DNA of 29,883 nt from a virus (Duplodnaviria; Caudoviricetes), in the IMG/VR virus record IMGVR_UViG_3300007538_000117, positions 1 through 29,883 of that record, one strand, 5' to 3'. Each line of letters opens with the position of its first letter. Position 1 is the first letter of the stretch. The position numbers and the translations under genes are program-made. Below are positions 6,653 to 14,658 of this stretch, piece by piece. Below the pieces are notes generated by a model. That model was not told the origin of the DNA, ran no database searches, and saw only the letters and a list, made by a program, of their open reading frames with translations.

Positions 6653-8061
6653 GCTCACCTGACGGCAAGGTGATCTGGACGCCTCAGCCTGGGCCCCAGA
6701 CGGCGTTTTTGATGTGTCCGTACAAGGAGGTTTTGTACGGTGGTGCGGCTGGTGGCGGTAAGAGTGACGCGTTGATCGGTGATTTTTCGGCTGGGGTCGA
6801 GCAGTTTGGTGGTGCGTGGCATGGTGTGTTGGCGCGCCGGAGTTATCCTCAGTTGGCTGAGATCGAGAAGCGCTGTCTGGAGATATTTGGCCCTCATTAC
6901 GGGAGTGACAGCTACCGTCGGAGCACGAAAACGTGGTGGTTTCGGACTGAGAAGGGCCTCAGTAGCCTCAAATTGGCGAGTATTGACGATGATATCAAGG
7001 TTTTAGACCATCAGGGTCAGCAGTACTCGTGGATCGGGATGGACGAGGCGACTCAGTGGCCGGATGACGGCGTTCTTGAGTATCTGCGCACGAGAACGCG
7101 TTCTCCCAAGGGTAGCCCTACGTATATCCGGCTGACTGCGAACCCTGGCGGCGTGGGGCATGACTGGGTCAAGCGGAGGTTCCGCATCGGTGAGGTCGAG
7201 CCCATGCAGGGGTTCGAGTTCAGGGACAGCAAGGGTAATGCGTTCAGGAGGGTGTTTATCCCCGCTAAGCTGAGCGATAACATTATCCTCATGAAGAACG
7301 ATCCGGCGTATGAGGGCATGCTCGATGGGATTGCCGACCCCGTCTTGAGGCGCGCTCTTCGTGATGGGGACTGGGATATCGCCGCTGGGGCCGCCTTTTC
7401 GGACTTCAACAAGGATGTCCATGTCCAGGAGTTTGAGGTTCCGCCTGGGGTCAGGCTCTGGAGGTCCTGCGACTGGGGCTACGACCGGCCTTACGGGTGC
7501 ATCTGGTTCTTTGAGAACTTCGATGGGGTCGTTCATATCCCGAACGAGCTCTACGGAATGGGCGCAAAGCCCAATGTTGGGGTCAGGCACGCCCCCGATC
7601 TGGTGGCTGATAAGATCGCTGAGATCGAACTGCGCAACCAGTGGGAGGTCTACGAGGCGTATCTCGACCCCCAGTGCTGGGCCCAGGAGGGCGGCGAGAC
7701 GATTTTTCAGATGCTGGGCGGCCACAAGATGCGCTGGCGCCCCTGGCCGAAGGGGCCCGGGAGCAGGTACATCCAGAAACAGTTGGTACATAAGTACTTG
7801 CAGATCACCAACGGTGAGCCCCGAATCAAGATACACCCCCGATGCAAGCACCTGATCCGCACCATGATCTCACTGCCACTGGACCGCAGGAACCCAGAGG
7901 ACGTTGATACCCACGCCGAGGACCATCTTTACGATGCACTCAGGGGCGGCCTGTCCGGGCACCGTCCTCAGCCCAGGCGCAACGCTAATCGGAATATCCT
8001 CATGGATTACGACGACGACGCGAGGATGGGCGAGCCCAGGATGAGCTATGGCTCATGGTAG
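6649..8061 (+). CDS. terL: Terminase large subunit
   Basis: Q motif WTPQPGPQ, Walker A GGAAGGGKS, Walker B IGMDEA, motif III LTANPGG, RNase H-like nuclease SCDWG ... EDHLYDALR. Confidence 0.97.
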   Translation: MSSPDGKVIWTPQPGPQTAFLMCPYKEVLYGGAAGGGKSDALIGDFSAGVEQFGGAWHGVLARRSYPQLAEIEKRCLEIFGPHYGSDSYRRSTKTWWFRTEKGLSSLKLASIDDDIKVLDHQGQQYSWIGMDEATQWPDDGVLEYLRTRTRSPKGSPTYIRLTANPGGVGHDWVKRRFRIGEVEPMQGFEFRDSKGNAFRRVFIPAKLSDNIILMKNDPAYEGMLDGIADPVLRRALRDGDWDIAAGAAFSDFNKDVHVQEFEVPPGVRLWRSCDWGYDRPYGCIWFFENFDGVVHIPNELYGMGAKPNVGVRHAPDLVADKIAEIELRNQWEVYEAYLDPQCWAQEGGETIFQMLGGHKMRWRPWPKGPGSRYIQKQLVHKYLQITNGEPRIKIHPRCKHLIRTMISLPLDRRNPEDVDTHAEDHLYDALRGGLSGHRPQPRRNANRNILMDYDDDARMGEPRMSYGSW

Positions 8062-8558
8062 GCGGCAACTGCGGCGGGACTTGGCGTGTGGAGAAGGACA
8101 AAAAGACCGGCGGCTACAGGGTTTGCACCATGCATTCCAGCAAAGACCGGGCTCACCGCTGGAAGCTCTCTCACGCTAATGAGGTCGCCGATTACAAAAA
8201 CATGGGCTGGAAGCCCCCTCAGGAGCGAAAGCAGTGCATCCGGGACCTCCACGCGGCCAAGCTGATTAACACCGGATCGGGCAAAAGACCTTGGCAGGTA
8301 GTCACTTGCAAGCACGGGGTCGTTCTCAGGAAGTTCAAGATCAAGTTCAAGGCCGTCTGGTGGCTCCAGAAGTACCAGAAGTGGCGCGAGCTCAAGCTCT
8401 CCAGGCACAGTGAGTGGCGCGATGCCGTCCGGCTGTATCCACTTGAGAGAGAGAGCCTTGACAGATTGGTAAATGTGTGGTTGATTTCCGACCGAGAGAT
8501 GGATCGTGAAGCTCGTGTGGCGGAGATAGCAAAGAGGCTCAGGGAGGGCAGACCGTGA
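8055..8558 (+). CDS. Basic, Trp-rich hypothetical protein (up to 167 aa; start uncertain)
   Basis: Fills the terL-portal gap with overlaps at both ends. Confidence 0.65.
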   Translation: MVGGNCGGTWRVEKDKKTGGYRVCTMHSSKDRAHRWKLSHANEVADYKNMGWKPPQERKQCIRDLHAAKLINTGSGKRPWQVVTCKHGVVLRKFKIKFKAVWWLQKYQKWRELKLSRHSEWRDAVRLYPLERESLDRLVNVWLISDREMDREARVAEIAKRLREGRP

Positions 8559-10474
8559 TTATTTCCTCCGCAAACGAACAGAGGGTCGTCGATTACGTCG
8601 TCTCTCGGTATCGAGAGCTCAAGGACGCAAGGAAGGTGAAAGAGGAAGTCTGGATGGAGTGCGTTCGCGCGTACTTATCGGACTTCTCTACCGTCTGGGA
8701 CACCCGAGCCAAAAAAGAAGGACGATCAGCAAGATACATCCCCCTGAGCTTCGACGCAGTTGAGACCCTCCACTCTCAGATCACCGCAATCACCATGCCC
8801 GGGAACCACTGGATAGGCATGTCGGCGTCAACACCCGGCAAGCTCAAGTATGACGACGAGGCCGCCGACGAGCTTAAAGCGTTGCTATATCAACAGATAG
8901 GGCGAATGGGCTTTGCTCGCCAGTACGACATCCTCGTTAAACAGTTGGCTATCGTGGGCAACGCTCCCTACACGGTCGGCTGGCGCAAAGAACGCGTCAT
9001 CGACTACCCGGCCTTTGAGGCCGGTATGGCCCAGTGGGAAATCCTCCACAAGAAATCTTGGGAGGAATATTCTGTGGCCATGGAGGAGTGGCAGAGGATC
9101 GCCAGAATTGCGGAGGCTTCGGGTCAGCAGGCACCTCCTCCCCCCAGCCTCGTTGCCCCGGAGCCTCCGCCCGCAGACGCCAAGAAGATTGCCTACAGTG
9201 GACCCTCCATTGAGGTAGGGGACATCTTTAATTTCGTGGTGGACCCGTTTCCCACCGACAATTCACACCGGTTGTGCATCAAGCGGTCGTGGATGTCAAA
9301 GGCCGCGATGTTGAGGATGGCCGAGAAGAACGCCTTTGGATACTCGGTCTATGACAACGTCGACAACGTCACGCCAAGGGAGCGCAGGACCGCGCGGGAT
9401 GAGTCCCACCTCAACGAGTCCTACCTCGCATTCGGGTTACAAGTGCCTGAGGCGCAACAGGTTGATGTTCTTGAGGCGTGGGGAACAATGGAAATCCCGG
9501 GCGGGTCACTGGACGGGCGCTCTACGTTCGTCGGGTTCTGCGCATGCGTTGCAAACGAATCCACCCTCGTAAGGTTCGAGCCAACCTTCCTGTGGTCCGG
9601 CGAAACACCGGTACGCCTTGCTACCTACCGTGACGTACCTGGACAGGTCTATGGCATCGGCGCCCTCGAACCAGCTCTCGGGCTGGCCGATCTCGCCAAT
9701 GTCAGGGCCAACCAGAACGTCGACGTTGTCTCTTTTGCTCTGAGTCCCGAATACAAGGCCGTCGATGACGGCATTATCGCCAAGACTCTCAAGAGCGCCC
9801 CCGCGAAAGTTCACATGGTCGGGGACATAAACAATCTTGTGCCCATTGAGAAGAACCTCACTGGGTTGCAGTTGTCCATGCAGGACTTGGTCTTACTCAA
9901 GAACGAGTTCAAGATGGTCACTAAGAGTGGCTCTCCGCTCTCAGGCGACAGCCGTGAGAGCGCCACCAAGACCAAGACCGACAGCATGGTTCTCGGCACC
10001 GACATCGGGAAGGTCGCCGAGCACATCGAAACCACCGTGCTTCGTGAGATCGTAGACCTCTTCGTGCAGTTGAACTGCCAGTACATCACGAAGCCAGAGG
10101 CCGCTCGCTCGCTCCAGAAGGGGCAGGCGAGCTTTGTATTGGTGAGTCCGGAGTCAATTCGGCGTGGATGGGTTATCTCGGTCAACGGGACCAGATACGC
10201 CACTGACAAACAGGAGAGAGCTCAGAATCTCCTGATGTTCCAGCAACTTGTCACCGGAAACCCAATGATTTTGCCCGTCGTCAACCTGCTGAACCTCATC
10301 AAGAAGGTCTACGAAGAGCTGGGCTTCAGCGATTCGGATGAGATTTTCAACGACGAGGCCAGAGCCGACCAGATTCTTTCTGAGATGATCCGGTTCGGTA
10401 TGCTTGGTAGCGGCGGAGCGCAGGGACAGACACCGGAGGTATCGGATGCTTCAATGGCGGCAATCGGGGGTTAG
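8555..10474 (+). CDS. Portal protein (podovirus type)
   Basis: 639 aa located after terL; GGAGG SD; portal-like segments (FVVDP, PGQVYGIGALE, RESAT). Confidence 0.9.
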   Translation: MIISSANEQRVVDYVVSRYRELKDARKVKEEVWMECVRAYLSDFSTVWDTRAKKEGRSARYIPLSFDAVETLHSQITAITMPGNHWIGMSASTPGKLKYDDEAADELKALLYQQIGRMGFARQYDILVKQLAIVGNAPYTVGWRKERVIDYPAFEAGMAQWEILHKKSWEEYSVAMEEWQRIARIAEASGQQAPPPPSLVAPEPPPADAKKIAYSGPSIEVGDIFNFVVDPFPTDNSHRLCIKRSWMSKAAMLRMAEKNAFGYSVYDNVDNVTPRERRTARDESHLNESYLAFGLQVPEAQQVDVLEAWGTMEIPGGSLDGRSTFVGFCACVANESTLVRFEPTFLWSGETPVRLATYRDVPGQVYGIGALEPALGLADLANVRANQNVDVVSFALSPEYKAVDDGIIAKTLKSAPAKVHMVGDINNLVPIEKNLTGLQLSMQDLVLLKNEFKMVTKSGSPLSGDSRESATKTKTDSMVLGTDIGKVAEHIETTVLREIVDLFVQLNCQYITKPEAARSLQKGQASFVLVSPESIRRGWVISVNGTRYATDKQERAQNLLMFQQLVTGNPMILPVVNLLNLIKKVYEELGFSDSDEIFNDEARADQILSEMIRFGMLGSGGAQGQTPEVSDASMAAIGG

Positions 10475-10718
10475 GTATGATTTCGACTTCGAGGTGGAGT
10501 CGATTCAGGCCCTGAGATCAACTGATGGTCTCAAAGTGATCCTCGCAGAGCTTATGCGGCGCGCCACTGCTGATACCCTCGTGGACGTTTCGGAGCCCTC
10601 ATGGGCTATCGTACGCGCCCACAAGGACGGCCAAGTCCATGGACTGCGCTCATTCCACTCATGGCTCGTGGGGCGGTTGTCTCATGAGCTAGAAGAAAGC
10701 CCGCCTACCGAGGCGTAA
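10446..10718 (+). CDS. Small head-assembly region protein (90 aa, start MLQWRQ)
   Basis: GGAGGT SD before ATG 10446. STDGLKVILAEL...AHKDGQ pattern typical of small post-portal genes. Confidence 0.7.
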   Translation: MLQWRQSGVRYDFDFEVESIQALRSTDGLKVILAELMRRATADTLVDVSEPSWAIVRAHKDGQVHGLRSFHSWLVGRLSHELEESPPTEA

Positions 10719-10734
10719 ACACGGAGGCTAGAGC

Positions 10735-11448
10735 ATGACTCAGCGTGATGAGTTCAGCCAGTTCGACGAGACACTGGGTGGACCTGACGAAGGACAAGAG
10801 GCGAACCCACCTCGGGAAGAACAGGAAGAGCAGAAGGCAGAATCAGGCGTCGACAAGCGGATTTCCGACCTCACGCGAGAGCGTAACGAGGCCGTCAAGA
10901 TGCGGGACGAGGCCATTCGCAAGATGCTCGAAGGGGCGCCCACGCGCGCACCCGAACCTGATCCCGCTCCGAAGGAAAGTGACGACTTCGTGGCAGATAG
11001 CCTGCCGGAAGACACTGACCCGGAGGTCGCCGATGTCTTGAGACCAGTTCTTGCGGCCCACGAGGCCAGGATCAGGCGTGAGTTCGAAGCCCGCTACGGC
11101 CCGGCGATCACCCGGGTTGAGCGTGACCAGAACATCGAGCTCATTGAGACCAGGGTCGAGGGGTTCCGCAAGGAGCTCATGGAAGACGTTGAGGAGATGT
11201 TCAAGGCCATGTCCCCGGAGGAGCAGGCCGAATACGACAATCGTCTTGGGATCGAGGCCCTCGCCCTCAGAGCCAAGATAAATCGCATTAATAGTGGCCG
11301 GGACTTCACCGACATGGCACATTCCGCCCCGAGCGGCAACACTCCACCGGATCGGCCGCGAGGCCCCAGTGAGCAGTCCGTTTGGGATATGCCAGACGAA
11401 GAGTTTGACGCCTGGATGGCCAAGATCAGGACCACTCCACGGCGTTAA
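10735..11448 (+). CDS. Capsid scaffolding protein
   Basis: Acidic coiled-coil (GVDKRISDLTRER) directly upstream of MCP; C-terminal WDMPDEEFDAWM helix. Confidence 0.85.
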   Translation: MTQRDEFSQFDETLGGPDEGQEANPPREEQEEQKAESGVDKRISDLTRERNEAVKMRDEAIRKMLEGAPTRAPEPDPAPKESDDFVADSLPEDTDPEVADVLRPVLAAHEARIRREFEARYGPAITRVERDQNIELIETRVEGFRKELMEDVEEMFKAMSPEEQAEYDNRLGIEALALRAKINRINSGRDFTDMAHSAPSGNTPPDRPRGPSEQSVWDMPDEEFDAWMAKIRTTPRR

Positions 11449-11463
11449 CAGGAGGATACAAAC

Positions 11464-12492
11464 ATGGCGGCAACCGTTCAAACCATCGACTATTTTGCCA
11501 CTGGTGATGGCAATCACGCTTCGAGCGACACTCTCCCAAGTGTAACTCGTGGCGTATACAATCGCTCGCTCCTGAAGCGAGCCCAGCCCGAGCTCGTTCA
11601 CCAGCAGTTCGGGATGCAACACCCCTTGGGCATGCGCAAGGGCCAGAGCATGGTCTTCCGGCGCTACGAGAAGCTGGATCAGGCGACCATCCCCCTGAGC
11701 GAAGGCGTGACCCCCGACGGGACCTCGCTGGTCAAGCGCGACTACGTGGCTACCATCAAGCAGTATGGTAACTACGTGATCGTCTCCGACTTCGTGGACA
11801 TGACCCATGTCGACCCCATCATTCAGCAGAGCGTGGAGCTCATGGGTGAGAACATGGGTGAGACCATGGACTCCGTCTACCGCGAGTACCTCGTCACTGG
11901 TACCAGCGTGGCCTACGCTGGCACCGGGAACTCGGCCGTCGGCGACATCGCCACCGGTGATGTGCTGACCTCGACGCTGTTCGACACCGTCATCAGCGCC
12001 CTCAAGGGTGCCGACGCCAAGGTGTTCCAGCCTCAGATCAGCGGTTCGACCCGTGTCAATAACTACCCGGTCGCCAAGAGTTTCTGGGCGATCATCCACA
12101 CCGACCTGGAGGGCTCGTTCTACAACACGACCAACTTCCCGGTCAGCGGCATGAACAAGTTCGTGCCCGTGGAGCAGTACGCCAACGCTGACGGCGTGAT
12201 GGAGAACGAGATCGGCAAGTACCGCCAGATCCGCTTCATCACCTCGACCAACGCCAAGGTGTACTCCGGGCAGGGCACCGGTGCCATTGATGTGTACGGC
12301 GTGCTCGTGTTCGCCCGTGACGCCTACGGCGTCGTGCCCCTCCAGCGCGGCAGTGCTCGCACCATCATTCAGCGCGCCGGTGGCAACACCGATCCGCTGG
12401 AACAGCGCAATACCGTCGGCTGGAAGTCGGCCGGGTGCGCGATCATTCTCAACGACGACTGGATGTATCGCGTCGTGGCCGCCGCCGCTTGA
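11464..12492 (+). CDS. Major capsid protein, N4-gp56 family
   Basis: FRRYEKL, LSEGVTP, QYGNY, AIIHTD, EIGK..IRF, DPLEQRNTVGWK motifs; AGGAGG SD; strongly biased codons. Confidence 0.95.
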   Translation: MAATVQTIDYFATGDGNHASSDTLPSVTRGVYNRSLLKRAQPELVHQQFGMQHPLGMRKGQSMVFRRYEKLDQATIPLSEGVTPDGTSLVKRDYVATIKQYGNYVIVSDFVDMTHVDPIIQQSVELMGENMGETMDSVYREYLVTGTSVAYAGTGNSAVGDIATGDVLTSTLFDTVISALKGADAKVFQPQISGSTRVNNYPVAKSFWAIIHTDLEGSFYNTTNFPVSGMNKFVPVEQYANADGVMENEIGKYRQIRFITSTNAKVYSGQGTGAIDVYGVLVFARDAYGVVPLQRGSARTIIQRAGGNTDPLEQRNTVGWKSAGCAIILNDDWMYRVVAAAA

Positions 12493-12499
12493 CCCTAAC

Positions 12500-12519
12500 G
12501 GGGCCCCGCATGGGGCCCC
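12500..12519 (+). promoter_or_regulatory. GC hairpin after MCP without U-tail
   Basis: GGGGCCCC-GCAT-GGGGCCCC; likely mRNA stabiliser or pause site. Confidence 0.55.
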
Positions 12520-12537
12520 ATACATGGAGGAACTGAA

Positions 12538-12891
12538 ATGGCTCTCGTGACCCCCGTTTTCCTCAACCCGGCCCCCGGCAATGCCGTGGTCCTGGTTACC
12601 TTCACCGCCGACGGCAACGACGCCACGGTGCCGCTGGGCTTCAAGCCCACGTACTGCAAGATCATCAACAAGACGACCACGAACATGTGGGAAATCTGCT
12701 CCAACTGGACCAGCGGAGAGGGTGCCTACACTACCGGCTCGACCGGAGTGCGCACCGACGCGTCCAGTGCCCCGACGTACTACGACGGCGCCGCGGAGAC
12801 TGGTAGCGGGGACGGCTACGCCCCCGGCATCACCATCCCCACCGCCTTCCTGAACGCCTCCGATGAGGTTCTCATCGTGGCCTACAAGTAG
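12538..12891 (+). CDS. Putative capsid decoration/virion protein (117 aa)
   Basis: Follows MCP with a strong SD; beta-rich; FTADG..ATVPLGFKPTYCKII motif. Confidence 0.7.
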   Translation: MALVTPVFLNPAPGNAVVLVTFTADGNDATVPLGFKPTYCKIINKTTTNMWEICSNWTSGEGAYTTGSTGVRTDASSAPTYYDGAAETGSGDGYAPGITIPTAFLNASDEVLIVAYK

Positions 12892-12896
12892 GAGAA

Positions 12897-12916
12897 CGGC
12901 CCCCTTCGGGGGGCCG
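12897..12916 (+). promoter_or_regulatory. cUUCGg hairpin without U-tail
   Basis: CGGCCCCC-TTCG-GGGGGCCG between the two small virion genes. Confidence 0.6.
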
Positions 12917-12934
12917 ACTCCATGAGGAGTTGAG

Positions 12935-13267
12935 ATGGCAGAAGCAACCCTGGTCAAGGACGGCAGAGGTCCGCGCAGTTCGATCTCTGTCTACACATGG
13001 TCCGGCGACACGAAGGGCGTGACCATCAACCCCGGGTTTGAGCCCTCTGCGGTCGAGGTCATTCGCCAGGACCCTGGGGGCACGGCGAGCATGCGTGTTC
13101 TCATGGCCGGTGGCATTGAGAGCGTTCTCGTTGGCACCACCGGCGCTCACACCGTCGGTGTGGCCGTTAACGTCACGGTCTCGGCAACCGCAGAACCGAC
13201 CGTCACCATGCTTGCCGCAACGCTCTCAGCGACCGGCAACAACTACGTCGCCATCCTCTACCGATGA
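12935..13267 (+). CDS. Putative capsid decoration/virion protein, paralog of 12538 gene (110 aa)
   Basis: WSGD..GVTINPGFEPSAVEVI motif and similar C-terminal strand; GAGGAG SD. Confidence 0.7.
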   Translation: MAEATLVKDGRGPRSSISVYTWSGDTKGVTINPGFEPSAVEVIRQDPGGTASMRVLMAGGIESVLVGTTGAHTVGVAVNVTVSATAEPTVTMLAATLSATGNNYVAILYR

Positions 13268-13308
13268 GCCGACACAGCGCCGGAGGGCGTAAACCTCGGG
13301 AGAAGAAC

Positions 13309-13773
13309 ATGGAGAAACTGAACGAGAAAGACCTTGTTGCCAAGGCAAAAGAGACGATGGCAGTCGACGAGGAGATTCGACGAGGACAGCTTGAGCCAGG
13401 GAAGCCCCTGCCGAGCAACGTCGTCAACCCCCTACCCGGCAGTGCCGGGCACTACTGCCTCGACCCCAACGGCAACTATCAGCCGAAGTGGATGAGCCTC
13501 CGCATCAACCGCACCAGCGAGGACATGCCGTCTCGCCAGCCGTTCAACCTCATTCGAGGCGACAAGGACGGCAAGCCGGTGCATCAGCGGTGGAACGTGA
13601 AGCTCGGCATCTGGGTCGACGTACCTCCTGAGATCATCCAGATCCTCGGGACGACAGAGGTCGAAGAGGTCAGCTTTGACATCAGGAACGCGAATCCGAT
13701 CACGGACGACGGGGCCCAGGTGGTCACCAAGCGCATTCCTCGTTTCAGCTACTCGGTGATGCCCTCTGCGTAA
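13309..13773 (+). CDS. Conserved post-capsid protein (N4 gp55-like position; 154 aa, start MEKLNE)
   Basis: VKLGIWVDVPPEIIQIL ... IPRFSYSV pattern seen downstream of N4-gp56-type capsids; GGGAG SD. Confidence 0.65.
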   Translation: MEKLNEKDLVAKAKETMAVDEEIRRGQLEPGKPLPSNVVNPLPGSAGHYCLDPNGNYQPKWMSLRINRTSEDMPSRQPFNLIRGDKDGKPVHQRWNVKLGIWVDVPPEIIQILGTTEVEEVSFDIRNANPITDDGAQVVTKRIPRFSYSVMPSA

Positions 13774-13790
13774 CCGTGGACAAGTGTCTT

Positions 13791-13830
13791 AGGGGCTCGT
13801 TCAGCTAGGCTGTTGGGCCCCTTTTTGTTT
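13791..13830 (+). terminator. Rho-independent terminator ending the head operon
   Basis: AGGGGCTCG..CAGC-TAG-GCTG.TGGGCCCCT followed by TTTTGTTT. Confidence 0.8.
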
Positions 13831-13839
13831 GGAGGCATC

Positions 13840-14658
13840 ATGGGATTCTTGCTCAGCAATCCGCTCAGCGACATCGCCATCAGGCAACCATCGACCAAGA
13901 CGTTCGTCGAGGCGGTAGACAACCTGCTCATCTCCTGCGGGCACTCGGCTGTGGGCTCATTGCTTGCACCAAGCAAGCATACGCTTGCGGCCATGGGGGC
14001 GGTCAACAACGCGTGTGAGCGCATCTGGACGGCAAACCAGTGGGAGTGGCGCCACAACTGGGTCAACTTCTCCATGGAGAGCTCCGTCATGTTCTACGAG
14101 CTCCCGGCCGACTACGAGGAGTACTCAAGCGGCCCGGTGTCCGTCGGGAACAGGATCGGCCTGACCATGACCTCGTACGAGCATCTCGTCTCGGCCGTTC
14201 CGGACATGTACGACATGCCCGGGTACGAGAAGCTGGGGCTGGATGCGACCAGCGGCCTCGCGGCGCAAAAGGCCGCTGAGATCATGAGCGTCATGGTGGA
14301 CCGGAATTACCACGGCAAACCCACCCACTGGGGCATCAAGGGGCGGTTCATGTTCCTGTGGCGTGTCCCCGACGAGTCGTTGTACGACGACTTCGAGCTG
14401 GAAGGGCGGATGCTGTTCGGCTACTACCGGGCCTACAAGACCCTCACGCTCTCAGAGGATGAGATTCCCCTGCCCCCCGCGCTCCACAACGCCATGCACT
14501 TCCTGGCCCTCGGGTACTACAAGCAGGTGTTTGAGTACGCCGACTTCTCGGTCGACGAACAGCGTGGAGAGGGCCTGCTGATGCAGGCGCGTGCGAGGTC
14601 TCGCAGGATTGGGCCAGAGGACACGTATCCAGGATTCGACTACAGCGGGGAGCTCTGA
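13840..14658 (+). CDS. Head-tail adaptor / tail tubular protein A-like (272 aa, start MGFLLS)
   Basis: GGAGG SD; TFVEAVDNLL, VNNACERIW...WEW, YELPADY, LWRVPD motifs typical of podovirus adaptors. Confidence 0.8.
   Translation: MGFLLSNPLSDIAIRQPSTKTFVEAVDNLLISCGHSAVGSLLAPSKHTLAAMGAVNNACERIWTANQWEWRHNWVNFSMESSVMFYELPADYEEYSSGPVSVGNRIGLTMTSYEHLVSAVPDMYDMPGYEKLGLDATSGLAAQKAAEIMSVMVDRNYHGKPTHWGIKGRFMFLWRVPDESLYDDFELEGRMLFGYYRAYKTLTLSEDEIPLPPALHNAMHFLALGYYKQVFEYADFSVDEQRGEGLLMQARARSRRIGPEDTYPGFDYSGEL

Noticed and set aside
12478-12540. Capsid readthrough/frameshift extension
   Set aside because: TGA is followed by CCC TAA in frame and no slippery heptamer precedes the stop.
10843-12957. 704-aa minus-strand ORF
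   Set aside because: Antisense shadow of the scaffold/MCP/decoration genes caused by strong codon bias; no motifs. The same applies to 2042..3355, 320..1330, 7003..7851 and the many short overlapping ORFs.
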